Assembly (NCBI GenBank): GCA_964016885.1
Contig: OZ024742.1
Span: forward strand, 209,002,001-209,066,000
Origin: Eledone cirrhosa
Taxonomy: Eukaryota
Direction of reading: 5' to 3'
Length of the DNA stretch: 64,000 nt
Part shown: piece after piece, positions 1 to 15,365 of the stretch
Layout: each line of letters opens with the position of its first letter
Numbering within the stretch: position 1 is the stretch's first letter
Notes under the pieces: generated by a model
Database searches by the model: none
Told to the model about the DNA's origin: nothing
What the model saw: the letters and a program-made list of their open reading frames with translations, nothing else
Program-made: the position numbers and the translations under genes

Positions 1-1394
1 CATACAATACCGTACCATACACATTTCAGAGTTACATCTTCAGACCACAACAATATTAGTGCTACTAGTTCATTTTGAAACAAAGAATCAGTCTTAAATT
101 TATTACCCAATTGATTCAACACACGGAAAAATTTAAAATGTTTAAGTATCTGGAGTAGTGGTGGTAGTAGTATAAGTAGTAGTAGTAGTAGTAGTAGTAG
201 TTACATATATATATAAATGTATACGTATATATATGTATCTATTTATTGGGAGGGGGTATGTGCTTGTGACACGTGTATTAGTGTATATTGGTTTTATATC
301 AATTTGATAAAGATTAAATATTGTTAGATCTAGATTATTACGAATTGTTGCGCAACGGGTAACATGTAAGTTAATGCAACCTGTCATATCGTCCGTCATC
401 GGCAACAAAACTGTCAATTCTTGCAAACTTGCTTGGTGAGGACGGTGATTTCTGAACAGCCTGCGTGATGAAAACTAAAACCCGTCAAAATCTGGAGAAC
501 ATCAGGAGAGTCAACGGGTATAGAATTTTCTGTGAAATAAAACGAGTAGAGGAAGCGCATGATTGGCAGACTATCAAAGAAAAGTATCAGTCTGATTTCA
601 AAACAAGGTTAGGTGCGAGTCATTAGCCACCTTGGTGACAAACTTTGAAGTGGTCAAGAGCGTCATCTTTGTGATGAAGGCGATTGAGATGAGGCTGGGT
701 AGCCAGCGTCCGAGTAATGGTCAGACGAGAAATTAGAATACACTGGTCCCCTTTTTTCCCGATGAGAATCATCTATATACAGCATAAATTAGCATTGGTA
801 CAGTTGTCCATGGTCCTCTATTCTCAGTAATAAACAGGAGAAGATACCAAAATCAACAAGAATGGGGAAATTTGTTTCCTGTTGATTCAGAAGGGGAAAT
901 AATTTTCATTTGGTTTGCAAATCTGTTTTATTTTGATTCAACACTTTTTTATTCCGGAAATTACAATTATCTTCAAATATATGTTTTTACCAGACAGTCA
1001 CATGTAAAATTAACCCTAATGTTTTAGCAAAAAACATATGTAACTCAGGAAGAGGACAATCTATATAAAAAACAGCCAAAATTTTCCTGTAAATCCTAAA
1101 ATTCTAGACAGAAATTATATCTTAGCCAGTATCTTAGCCATATTTCCCTAAAGTCTTATTAAATCAGTGATTTTGTTTCAGTAAATTTTTTAACAGACAA
1201 AACGCTGGATTGTATTACATACAAATATGTAGGGTGGACCAATTTGTGCTCAAGTTTCCTATCCTCAACTTCCTCATCTAATTGACGGCTGTATTCTTTT
1301 ATTGCAGCGATAATGCATTACATATCCCACGTTTCACTAAAACTGAAACGGTTATGCGTTGACAAGATTCTATGACATAAATATCATGTGTATT

Positions 1395-1474
<80 letters not shown>

Positions 1475-1669
1475 TAAAAAGTATACATATACAACGAAGC
1501 AAACAAGACAGTTCAATGAAACATATATTATTTTAACGCTTGATATTGTAAGAAAAGTGTATTTACGTTTCGAGCACTAGACTTTTATCAGAAGATAAAC
1601 AGAGAAAAAAAATATGAAATAGAAAGATAGAAGGAAAAGGAAAGAACGGAAAAAGCACGTGTGAATTCA

Positions 1670-1710
<41 letters not shown>

Positions 1711-1859
1711 AGCGGTGATATTATGTGTGTGTATGCGTGATTTTTAATCCGCATGATTTTTAATCACATTTTTAAAGACATGATTTTTGTTATATGTTTA
1801 TATCCTTGTGGCTAAAAATACATGATTTTGGGGAAAATATTGTGGATTGACATATTTTT

Positions 1860-2050
1860 TAGTGGGTCGGATAAGCTGCTTTACTCTATTTGTATAGGCT
1901 CTTACGTTCTAGGTTCACATCTTACCGATGTCAACGTTGGTTTTCATGCATCCAATTCGATAGAATAATTTACCTGTTAAGTACCAAGGTCAATTTAATT
2001 GACTTTCCCCTTTCCCTAAAATTACTGCGCTTAAATTTACATTGAAACTA
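1860..2050 (+). mobile_element. Highly decayed tRNA-derived SINE (old, long-body variant of family A)
   Basis: Degenerate matches to the family-A blocks (B-box-like GGTTCACAT, ...TTTTCATGC..., CGATAGAATAA, AAGTACCAAGGTCAATTTAATTGAC). Confidence 0.55.
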
Positions 2051-2897
2051 TGATTATTTTATTGATTCTTTCGCAGAATATTTAAAATCTGAGCAAATGT
2101 ATGTACGTATGTACGCTAATTTGATCGGGTCTATTTACATTCTATGTTTAAATCATATCAACATTTCTGTCATATCAACATTTCTGTCATCATTCCTTAG
2201 TTGAGCCAAGTACTGAAATCTGGCCTTGTATTGGACGCATGTATCATTAACATTATGTTTGTGATTTGCAGAATATTTTGAGCGTCGTATTTGCGATAAT
2301 TAAGTTGCATTCTATTTTACTTTTTCATTATCTGTAAGCGATTAAATAAGTAGCAGGCAAGGCTCTGCTCGGGCTGATTTAATACACTACACACTTCCTC
2401 TATATGTGGTATTCTACGTAAGTAAGATATCATTGTAATTAATGAGTTGTATTAATAGCATTAATGGTGTAGTAAACATTTGCCTCTCAAATATAGGTTA
2501 CGTTCTCTGTTAACCAAGTGTGTTACTGGATTACTTGGAAAATATTTGGAATTTCAGGAATTCACATTACTAAGGCTTAAATTTGGCACAACGTCACACA
2601 TATTGCCTGGGGTAAATGTCAATTATACCCATTCCAGGATTTGAATATATTTTATGAAACCCAGTATGTACTTTTCACGTGACTCACAATTAGAAGGTAA
2701 ACAGTTGTAATTTAATATTTCAAAATATTTCGTCTGGCGTTTTACCTATACTGCAAATCTATCGCACGGTAAAACGTGGTTTATATGATGCATTTTGTAG
2801 ATAAATTTCTAAATTAGGCGCAATAACACAAATAGAAAGTGATGCGAAAATGAGATTGTATGACATACATTCACTTCCCTATTATATGATTAATAAG

Positions 2898-3112
2898 TGC
2901 GGTGGATTAGCAGAATCGGTAGAGCGTCGCACACCCTGCTTTGTGGCATAGAGCTATGTCCCTTTACATTCTGAGTTCACATACTGGTAAAGTTTGCTTT
3001 GCCCTTCATCCTTAAAGTGCTGATAAAATAAAGCACCAGTAATGTACTCGGGTCGATTTAATTGATATTCCCCCTCGCCCAAACTGCTGGCCTTGTGTCT
3101 ATAGTAGAAATC
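2898..3112 (+). mobile_element. tRNA-derived SINE family A, older long-body variant
   Basis: GTGGATTAGCAGAATCGGTAGAGCG head, GAGTTCACAT B-box, GCCCTTCATCCTT..GATAAAATAAAGCACCAG body, TGCTGGCCTTGTG..TAGAAA tail. Carries an extra ~35-bp segment absent from young copies. Confidence 0.85.
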
Positions 3113-4939
3113 ATTATTACATTAGTAACATCATTGATGAGAAACAACTTTACAAGAGCCCACCATACATCAGGCAATCATCTCATATACAGCAACGTTC
3201 ATTATTATTCTGCCCACGTTAACAAATTAGTTTAGTGGCAAAGAGATGTATAGAGAAACTGAAAATATTAATCCATAACAGATAGCTTTACCAAGTATTA
3301 ACAATATTAAATTCTTTCCATTATGGAAATGTTTCTGTTTTGTTTGTTTGTTCTTTTTTTTTTTAATATTGTTTATACACTTATTTACTACATTCCTTCC
3401 CTACTTTTTAAAGAGTTCGAGATTCACATTAACCTTCGATATTTGGGGACTGAAAGGTTTGCTTGTGGAGATTGAATTCAGACCGATCGTCCTCTTAACT
3501 AATCCACTCGCATTACAATGAGATTTATCACTTCCAAGATCCTCTACTCACTTCTGGGGTTTGAAATGGTCTTTTATTCTGTTTGTCTTATTTCTCTTTT
3601 ACTTCTCTTTTGCGGATGACTCAACGGTTATCCCTCCTTTGTTTTTCTATCTTCCTTTCCTCCCTCCCTCGCATCACTCGTCCTCTCTGCATCCTCTTCT
3701 CTATGAACTTTACTCATTCTCTCTGTCTCTTATTTTATCAGATATCTATTTTTTTATCTTCTTGCTAATGGTAACATATTTCATTCTAATGGTTCTTTCT
3801 CTTGAACAAACGAAATGGAGCGCTATAGTAGAAAAGCCTTCTCATATTAAGTCAGCATTAAATTATGGTGATAGGAAAGAGGTGAAAGTGGGTGCCGTTG
3901 TGTCAGGCCAATGGTAAGGAGACTAATCACAATGAAAATGACACAGCAGTTCACGACAGACGTAATGAGATTTAGATGCTACTGAATGACCCACACAGAT
4001 GAGTTGCTGGCAGAAATGTTACATTTATGTTATATCGAACCAACCATGCTAAATAACATGTATTCTTTAGTCATGTTAAATCTCGAGTGGGCATGTGTGT
4101 GTGTTTTCAGAGAAGTATTCCTGTTGGGAAATAATATTCTTATGATTTAAAAAAGGCATTGTAACCGTTGCTTACCCTGTAAAAATTATAGCCATCATAC
4201 ATGCTTGTCTTTGTAACGTATACAATACCAAAGCTTTGATTACAGTGATTTATATACGAATATATCAACTATATGTCATATATGAACACGTAAACATAAC
4301 TTCGAATATATCGAATTTATGCGTATACCAATGACACAGAAAGCAGCTACATGCTTATTTCGCGCTAGTGTGACAAATCAGGATGTAGATTTTGTTTTCT
4401 GTATGAAATACATGTATCGTTGACTGACTCTAGTATTAGTTTTACAGTTTGTTTATACAAGCGTTATCTGTGGTTGAACTTGATCTCTCTGTGGCAAGGT
4501 ATCATCTAAGCAAGAACAACTAAAATGTAACATCTGCAGAAACCTTACAACACAAGGTTTCATAATCGTTGATATTATTTCATAACTACATATCTATCAC
4601 CTAAACTTTACCTGTATTCCAGATGAAGACAATTTCTGTGTACTCTTTATCCATGTATTTTATAGCGTCTACAATGACTCTAGCTCCTTTGTTCTCCTTA
4701 AGACTGGCTCATCCTTCACCTATTTTCCTTTCATTACTTCTAATGTGTGTTACATTAAGCACCCTATCTTTTTCATCGATACTTTTTGTTCAAGGAAGTA
4801 ATTGCTGATTACTTACCAGTATCGAACTACACGGATTCAAACAGATCACCGACTACATCGGCTTGGTTTATCTGGGAAAGTATAGAAAGTGTATTGCTAC
4901 TGCACCACCTTGTTAGATTAGATTATATAGTTATAATAA

Positions 4940-5125
4940 TTGCTTCTACTTTTGTAGAAGGCCAGCGAATACCCAGTACATTACTGGTACTTTATGTTAT
5001 CGACCCCGTAAGGATGAAAGGCAAAGTTAACCTCGACAGGCTTTGAACTTAGAATGTAACGGGACGTAGCTATGCTAGAAAACATGGCGTCCAACGCTCT
5101 ACCGATACTGCAAGTTCACCGCCCT
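4940..5125 (-). mobile_element. SINE family A
   Basis: Reverse complement of the family-A consensus. Imperfect TSD ATATAGTTATAATAAT / ATAGAGTTACAATAAT. Confidence 0.9.
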
Positions 5126-6316
5126 TTTATAGAGTTACAATAATAAAACAGGTTTACCTCAGTAGTTTCTTTGTCATTTGTATATATTTACTCCTGTATT
5201 AAAGCACTGTTTACATGATATGGACTAGAGATCGTTTGTCTTTGTATCACCTTAGCCGAGTGAAATACGAACTAACGTTATTAAATAAGAAATAACCAAA
5301 GATAAAATATTTGCAATAGTGGGTTAAAATCGTCTACTAATTAATGAATATATAGTCAACGGAATGAATGTATTTGATTTATATATATTTCATAAGGTTT
5401 CTTTTATCCGTCAACAGATAATATAGCTTAAAATAATCCATTGATAAGAAGTTCCTCAGTAGTGTCCACATAAACTTTCTAAGTAATATTTTCTTATGAT
5501 GACTAATGGTAGATTTCATCTCTATTCGTTCCGTTTTGTATTATTAAATAGACACAAGTTTCCTAGATTATTGTAAGTCTAATTCAAGCTAAATAATGTG
5601 TATCTTCTATTCTGTAGCTAGGTATATTTAAGCTTTGATAAATGCTCTAATATGCCTACATCTGATTTAGATTTTCTTAAAGAAGAATGATTATGGTTTA
5701 TTAATATTATTTCTCCTTTTTTATTTAACATGTCAAATACGTGAGAATTTTCACAACTTAATATTTGCTGATATGAAATACATAACCACAATTTTGTGAT
5801 CTAAATTTATTTATACTAGGTAGCAAAATCTATAACACTTCTTCTCATTGGGATATATTTAGATATGTTTGATTTTGTTTTTCTCTTTCACGGAGAATTG
5901 TTTAAGGAAACTGAAATCTCATGCTTCAGCCCAAATTAAATATTAGTGCTAGGCTTCAAATGTATGTCTTCCCATCTACGTGAATAAGCTGACCAATCAA
6001 TACATTTGACCCAGACCTGTCAACTCTCCCCGTCCGACGAAGATATCTCTCACCCACTTTGGGGTGGGTGAGAGATGTTTTCTCTTGTGAAAAGGGGTAT
6101 AGCTTTAATTGTGTAAATTACCCCAATTTGCCTCCTTTCTCCCCGGTTTGAAACACTTTTTTTCATGGTACTCCTCGTTTGGGTTTTTAGAGGTTAGTAG
6201 GTCTATAGACCTAATAATAGTGAAAACCTGAATCAAACTTGAGGATTTTGATTTCGTGAAATAATAGTGAAGCATTAATGTCACACATACACTTTAATGA
6301 GGCTTAAAGTTTAGTA

Positions 6317-6458
6317 AACGCATGGCTTAGTGGTTAGAGCATTGGGCTTGCAATCGAAAGGTTATGAGTTCAATTCTCGGACCGGGTGATGTGTTGTTTC
6401 TTTGAGCAAGACACTTTATTTCACGTTGCTCCAGTTTACTCAGCTGTAGAAATGAGAT
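6317..6458 (+). mobile_element. tRNA-derived SINE family B (CORE-like)
   Basis: A-box TGGCTTAGTGG and B-box GAGTTCAATTC, followed by TTCTTTGAGCAAGACACTTTATTTCAC..CTCCAGTTTACTCAGCTGTAGAAATGAG. A related copy lies at ~25.9 kb. Confidence 0.8.
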
Positions 6459-6703
6459 GATAGGACTGGGGTACCTATCATTAAATTAACCAAGACACCT
6501 CCAACGAGATATACCTTGGAGGAGGCCAGGTAAACCTACATAGGTGTGAGCTGTCACACACACGTTAATGAGGCTTAAAGTTGAGAAAACTTCGCTTTAT
6601 CGAAGGCTTAAAAAATGTTTACTTGTGTATTCTAAAATACAATGCAACCGGTTATTTCCTCCCTGTTAACATTAGTAAATCTTATTCTTAGAATTTATAA
6701 AAT

Positions 6704-6755
<52 letters not shown>

Positions 6756-7053
6756 TACATATATTATATATATATATATATAATTAATTAATCTGTTGAT
6801 TTGCATATGCCGATCAGTCCTTTGTTAAGTTATTCTTAGAGGATGATTTACAGATCTGTGAACATGGAAAGAAGCGTTGAGGTTGATATACAAACCATTA
6901 TGTAGAATTAATTCCCAAATAAACCTATCCCGACTATTCAGTAACCATCAGATAAGAAAATATTTTGTTAGAAGTCTGTTGTGTAGAAACAAGAGGCCTG
7001 TGCACAAAAATAAGAGATGAGAGGCATGTGCGAGTGATATATGTAAATAGCGA

Positions 7054-7097
<44 letters not shown>

Positions 7098-7283
7098 GGT
7101 GAGAAAATTTGACTTATCTTCGAGTTGAATGGGAAGTACCAAAAATCAGATGATTTTGAAGTCGGTATTTTATACCCGTTATAAAATAACACATGGGACA
7201 TTAAACAACCGACCGAAAGAAGATAAAATGAATGTAATACAGAAATATAAATAATGAGAAAATGATAAAGTTGTAAAGTGGCA

Positions 7284-7325
<42 letters not shown>

Positions 7326-7887
7326 GAATTTCGACGAAATATTTTACTAACCACGAGATAGCAAGCTGAGGTTAAAACGATAATTATCTTGTGAAATCGT
7401 GTAACAACGTGTATTTTAATTCATTTGCAAAAATAATTATATCTAAAATATATATTTAGATATATAATCATGAAACAAAATTGCTAAAAGTAGAAACTTA
7501 TATTCGTGTTTTAGCTTCCTTTTGATAAACCAATACAGTATCCATATTTATGTTATCTTGTAAATTTGACAGACTATAGACAAGTAAAAAGTAAAAAGGT
7601 ACTGAAAAAACAAGTTGATATTGTTCCAACATCCTTTTGCTTTTAACTGGACATCTTCAAAATGGCGGTGTACCAATATAATTCTCCAAACTATAATATA
7701 ATAAAAGCCACAAGTTGATATTCTTTGAGGTTTAAGACGAGAAAACTAATATTTTGGTTATTTAAAATTATTTTATTTTATTTTAGTTTTCGCTATATAA
7801 TTACATTTGTATTATATTTTCTTTCTATATTTTTCTTCGGGGTTGCTTCGATAGGCTTATGGTCATTTCACCGTAACAATAAATAAT

Positions 7888-8061
7888 TGTTTCTATTTCA
7901 GGCACAAGGCCAGCAATTACCCAGTACATTACTGGTACTTTATTTTATCGACCCCGTATGGATGAAAGGCAAAGTTAACCTCGGCAGGATTTGAACTCAG
8001 ACTGTAAAGGGACGTAACTATGCTAGAAAGCATGGCGTCCAACCCTCTACCGATACTGCCA
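7888..8061 (-). mobile_element. SINE family A (slightly 5'-truncated)
   Basis: Reverse complement of the family-A consensus. Confidence 0.9.
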
Positions 8062-8466
8062 AATAATGCTCCCATTCAAGGTTAAATCTACTGACCTTGT
8101 AATTTAACATTTAAATATATATTACGATACAAATTGATTGGCAATATAGTTTGTTTCCGCTATATTTACTTTCTATCATCAAATACATTAATTCCAATTC
8201 ATAGAGTGAAGGATTTGATAAGTATATTACATGATAGTTGGACATGAATTAATCCTGGAATATAAAATTGAAGTATTTACTAAAAGATTGGACGCCACTC
8301 AAATACATGAAACGTTAATCAAATTCTATCGTTTGGAAGGAAAGTATATGGCTATTTGCAAGTTATCCATTAAGTTCAGGATCGTTCTTTCTTTAGCTGA
8401 GAATATATGAATATAAGTTTCCTAATTTATGAGTTTATTATTATCTGTCTTTCCTTCTCCCTTTCA

Positions 8467-8469
<3 letters not shown>

Positions 8470-8539
<70 letters not shown>

Positions 8540-8567
8540 TCTCTCTCTCTCTCTGTCTATCTCTCTC

Positions 8568-8610
<43 letters not shown>

Positions 8611-8660
8611 CTCTCACTCTCCCTTCCTCTCTCTCACTTTCTTTCTCTCTCCCCTCACTT

Positions 8661-8692
<32 letters not shown>

Positions 8693-8745
8693 AATTATTT
8701 ATATATATATATATATACATATATATTTATATATATATATATCAC
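8470..8745. repeat. Compound microsatellite (CT)n/(CTAT)n/(TA)n
   Basis: Direct inspection. Confidence 0.95.
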
Positions 8746-8971
8746 GTGGTAGAGATCCTAAGAGTTGGATATCTTAGATATGTGAAGATACGGATTTGAG
8801 GCTTGTAAAGATAGAGGCTAGGATCGGAAAGAAATGTGCAGTTAATCTAAGAAGACGATTAGTACTATGAAAAGTTTGGTGCAAATATGTATTTCTAAAT
8901 CCTTCACAGATGTAAAAGTATGGTTCAATCCCTCGCGTCTTTCTTTCGTTAAACACACACACATACACACA

Positions 8972-9122
<151 letters not shown>

Positions 9123-9678
9123 ATATTGCTACACCGTCTTTTTCGTTCTATGTATCTTTACCCTTTCTAGCAGTCTCTCTCTCTGTTAGCCTCTTCCTCA
9201 CCTCACCCTTCACTCACTCATTCTCTGTCACTACCTCTCCTCCTCCTCCTCTTTCTTCCCGTTTGACCTGTGAGTAACTTTTTTCTCTCACATTCTCGGC
9301 CAAGCTGGTCGGAATTTTTTTTCTCGCGTCTACGATTTCACAGAACTTATGTTTACCGAATTCGCAGACCAGACTCCTTCTTCCTCCCGTTAGACCTGTG
9401 CGAAATTCCTTCCTTGCTCACATTTCAACCAGGTTTGATGGTCTTTATTCTCTCGTTCACGATTTCACCGAACTTAAATTCATAGAAATCTGGGACTTGT
9501 TTCCTCCTTCCTCACTTTCTGTTGCCTCACCATTTTGTTTGTTTACCCTCGCGTCCCCTTTATTTACGTGTCCCAACGACTTTTTTTAGCCGTTTCTCGC
9601 ACCAACCGGATGTATATGGTCTTTAAAGCGATGAAATACCTATGATAGTTGGAAGATCACTGATCAAGGACAAACTTT

Positions 9679-9713
<35 letters not shown>

Positions 9714-9829
9714 GAAGTTATATTTAATTTGTTGGGATTCCAACAAACTTAAAAGTTTATAACTGATATAGAGCACTCAACAGTTTACTGGAGTAAATAT
9801 TCAATATATTAATAAATGGAAGCTATAAT

Positions 9830-9894
9830 TATTTTATTATATATATTTCAAGGGCAACCAAGCCAATTTTGGTGCGCTTTCATCAGATAAAATA
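9830..9894 (-). ncRNA. Minimal type-I hammerhead ribozyme motif
   Basis: Minus strand reads TATTTTAT-CTGATGA-AAGCGCACCAA..TTGGTTGCCCTT-GAAA-TATATA-TA-ATAAAATA. This gives a perfect 8-bp stem I, a paired stem II, a palindromic stem III and an AUA cleavage triplet. Confidence 0.8.
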
Positions 9895-9966
9895 CAAAAT
9901 ATGTTTTATAAATAGTGACATAACCATGGAAAACCACCTTGACGGTTGAAAATTCGCTGGATAGTC

Positions 9967-10240
<274 letters not shown>

Positions 10241-11164
10241 AAGAAGAAATTAAAAGATGGTTAAAAAAGTTCCATATACTTTATTATGCGCATTTCGAAA
10301 ACAGCATCATCCTGGGACAACAATTGTGTTCTCATAAGATAAAATAAGGTAACATGATATGAGGCCTAAAAACACTTGTCAACAGGAAAGTGCAAAGTTT
10401 ACATATGACAGAAATATAAGAGTAAGGAAAAGATAGGAAAATAGAAGAAAAGGAAAGAAGAAGGAGAAAAAGGAAAAAGAAAGAGAAGAGAGAAAAAAAG
10501 GAAAGAAGGAAAAGAGATAAAGAGAAAGAGAGAGAGAGAGAGAGGGAGAGAGAGAGAGACTTTTGATCAGGTACGCTGTCAAAATGAAACAAGCTGCAAA
10601 TAACGATTAAAAAGTAAATTGATGAGGTGTATGTGCGAATATTATAGATGGTATTCAAACATTAGAGGTCGGAAATATAGAAACTGGGTATATTATTTTA
10701 TATTGGGTTTAAATACTAAAAATTGGATTAAGAAGTGTAAAAATGTATTAATAAAATAAAATTAAATAAAATTAAAATAAGTATAAAAAAGGTTTTAAAA
10801 TAAATTAAAATAAAATAAAATAAAAAAATAAAAATAGTCTATCTATGTCAAAATAAAAAATTTCTATTAAAAGTCAATATATATGGGGTATACTATTTAA
10901 TTATTAGTTAATATCAACAAGTAAATAAAGGAAATTGCTAGAATGATTTATAAACGTAGAAAAACATATGACGTCATAATTTGTTTTAAAAATCTACGAA
11001 GGTTTGAACGAAAATGTAAGGCTATAGAAAAATAGTCAATGGCTTCATATATGCTGAGAAAACTAAATTAATACATTGGAGAATATAATTAAATATGTGT
11101 AAAAAAAATGTGTAAAAAATTAACCGTTATTCTTGGAATATGTTATAGGGCATTAGCTATATAC

Positions 11165-12200
<1,036 letters not shown>

Positions 12201-12485
12201 AATAAGAGCGCTGCGGAGTTGCAAGTGGGTTACATATGAAAAAAGTTGTCCTTCATCTTCCAACCATCATAGGCATTTCATCGCTTTAAAGACCATATAC
12301 CTCAGGTTGGTGCGAGCAACAGCTAAAAAATGTCGTTGGGACACGTAAATAAAGGGGACGCGAGGATAAACAAACAAAATAGCGAAGCAACAGAAAGTGA
12401 GGAAGAAAGAGACAAGTCCCAGATTTCTATGAATTAAAGTTCGGTGAAATCGTGAACGAGAGAATATATATATATATATATATAA

Positions 12486-12595
<110 letters not shown>

Positions 12596-12879
12596 AACGA
12601 AAGAAAGACGCAAGGGATTGGACCAGATTTTTACATCTGTGAAGGATTTAGAAATACATTTTTGAAAACCGGATATTCTAGGATATCCTCATTCAATCTT
12701 TTAATGCTTTATATATTCGAAAGCTAATTGAAAATGGACTGAATGAATTATTCTCCCCTGTACGCGAAATGTAATTTAGGTGCGGTTAATATTTGCATAG
12801 CTATAGCAATAGCACTCTGCAATAAATTGTTTCAAAACTCTATGCTACAAAAAAGGTAGCAGACTTGATTGAGGGAACT

Positions 12880-14090
12880 GTCGTCCTATCAGCATATTGA
12901 GTTATATTTACAAGCTTTTCAGTGAAGTCAGAACTTTACGCCTCATTTTGTGAAACACAATCTGCGTATCAAACTGGAAGAGGCACCATTGAGCAGATCC
13001 TAGCTATGGAACAAATCATTGAGAAAGCAATAGACTTCAACAACCCTGTGCACATCACTTCATTGACTTTTGACAACTTTGTGGCAATTTTTAAACAAGA
13101 GGTCAATTAACAAAAAAATACATCAACCTACTGAAAGAAACTTACGCCAACTTAACAGCATATATCAAAACAGATTTGAGAACTACACAGTGTATAAACA
13201 TCTTGAAAGGAGTTAAGCAGGGGGATGTAGTATCAGTACTTCTTTTCTGTATAGTTATAGCTGCACTTATGTACCAAACTGAAGAAGAATGCTTCTCTGG
13301 TTATCAAATAGGATGTAAAAGCATACCAAATCTGGCCATCATGATTTACTCTAAATCTGATTTGCAATACTTACTGAATGTATTGGCTAAACATACGCTG
13401 GAAGCTGGCTTGCGCATCAATATCCCCCAAACAAAGTAAATGACAACTGCTAAAAACAATGCCAATCTCCAACTCACAATCTACAATCAGCAAATCGCAC
13501 AAGTTACGGAGTTTGTATATCTCGGTTGCAAACTATCATCAAACAACAATGGAATTGTTGCTGCGCAGTATCACATCACTCTGGGTTGGGCAGCTTTCAA
13601 CCAGAACAAGGAAGTACTAACATCAAAACGAGTTTCCTATTATTTGAAGGCTAAGATCTTCGAGACTTACATCTTTCCAGTTGTGTTATATGGTCTTGTC
13701 TGTGTTAATTCGACGACACGGTCACTTCAGAAGCTCTCTATATTCCAGAACCACATCATGAGACTAATGACTGGCAACTGGCTCAGCGACTGTATCTGTA
13801 TCAGTGAGCTGCTCAACATTACTAAACATAGACCAATTACATCAATTGTCAAGTCAAGAATACTCAAGCTATACTGTCATATAAAAATATCAACTCGTGG
13901 TATGAGTACGTTATGCTTGGAAGAAAGGCTGGCTGGTAAGAGAAACAGAGGCTGGCAGCCAAAATGATGGCTTGATAATGTCAACTTATGGACTGGACTT
14001 GACCTTTGATCTTTAAACTCTACTGTTGCTGGTCGAACTGTGTGGAGAAAAATATCTCGTGTTGATGTGCAGTCTGTAACCGGCGGAGTT
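12880..14090 (+). mobile_element. Decayed RTE-like LINE, reverse transcriptase and 3' part
   Basis: QSAYQTGRGTIEQI, GVKQGDVVS, GLRINIPQTK, FVYLG, VVLYG, GKRNRG, in several frames with stops. Confidence 0.88.
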
Positions 14091-14219
14091 TAGCTTCAAA
14101 GTAAAAGAATGCAACGTGAAATTGAGGTCTTATGTAGAAACCGAAGCAGATTCAGAAAATTTGATCTAATATTGCACAGCGTCTAACAGTCAGAAGTATC
14201 ATTGAATGCATCAGGATTA

Positions 14220-15125
14220 AAGCTCTAAAGGATGAATTATTATTTGTGGACTTCTCAAAAAGCACACGACTCTGTCAGCGAATCAAAATGGAACAAATTC
14301 TTCTGACATATTGTATACTACAAGTGTACAATAGCAGCAGATATAATGTTCCATACAAATACATATAGCTAAAGTACGGAGACAGATGTCTTTGACATTA
14401 ATGCAGGTGTCTTACAAGCTTATACGCTTTCACTATTCCTGTTTATCTTTTGTATAGACGACGGTCTACAGCGTCTTAAAAACTGGATACATTTGTTGCA
14501 ATAAGTAACGCTCAATCCAGGAAAGTCTTCGAAATTTATAAACTCCCATATATACATTTTGATATATACAAAATATACAAATTTGATATATACAAATTTG
14601 ATCTTTAGAAAAGGATGCAGAAATTGACCACACAAACGCCTCAGACATTCTCGGTAGTTTTGGTGTCTTCTAGACGTCATTACTATCGGATAATTTTAAA
14701 CGATGCTTCTGTATCACTGTGGAATGTTTGATATTGTACCAGCCAACTGTCTGGACGTTCATGGAAACTCTGAAGGCATGTCTTGTTGATGCTTACACCT
14801 GCATGTTACAAGCCATTCTCAAAGTTTCCTAGAAGGAGCATCCGGCTATAAGACACTCCTTTTGTAGGCAGTGACGTAATTAGAGCGAGATGCATGTGCT
14901 TTTTGACATATTGTCGAAGAGTTTAGCAGGAATTCATTAGTGATATACTCCTATAGATAGATTAATTTGGATATAGACATGCTGGTCGTCCAATTAAAGC
15001 CTTCACCGGGTAGCTCTCTACGGGCACGTGATGTTGCCCAGTCGTCTTTAGAAACCCTATGCTGGATGAAAATGGATGGCCTGTTTATGATGAGTACATT
15101 CGTACAAATTCAAGCAGATGATGAT
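14220..15125 (+). mobile_element. Strongly decayed RTE-like LINE fragment
   Basis: FVDFSK-like motif (~14245), FDINAGVLQ (~14390), and a (GAT)n-like tail near 15117. Confidence 0.55.
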
Positions 15126-15223
15126 AAATATGATAATATATGCATATATGAATCTTTCTGTATAATAGTGAATAGAGTCTCGGATCATGTAGGTATTTGT
15201 TTCCCTCGCTTCTCTCCTCTCTC

Positions 15224-15279
<56 letters not shown>

Positions 15280-15365
15280 TTATTAAAATAACAGATTACA
15301 GTTTAAGCAAAGAATCGCTGCTTTCACCCTTAACGGGATTTTCTGAAATTTATTATTATTACTAT
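15280..15365. repeat. Partial copy of the fold-back repeat family also at 49.4 kb and 57.7 kb
   Basis: TTATTAAAATAACAGATTACAGTTTAAGCAAAGAATCGCTGCTTTCACCCTTAACGGGAT, flanked by TA tracts. Confidence 0.85.

Noticed and set aside
370-760. Slightly GC-richer segment, possibly a LINE 3' relic
   Set aside because: No diagnostic motif was found by eye.
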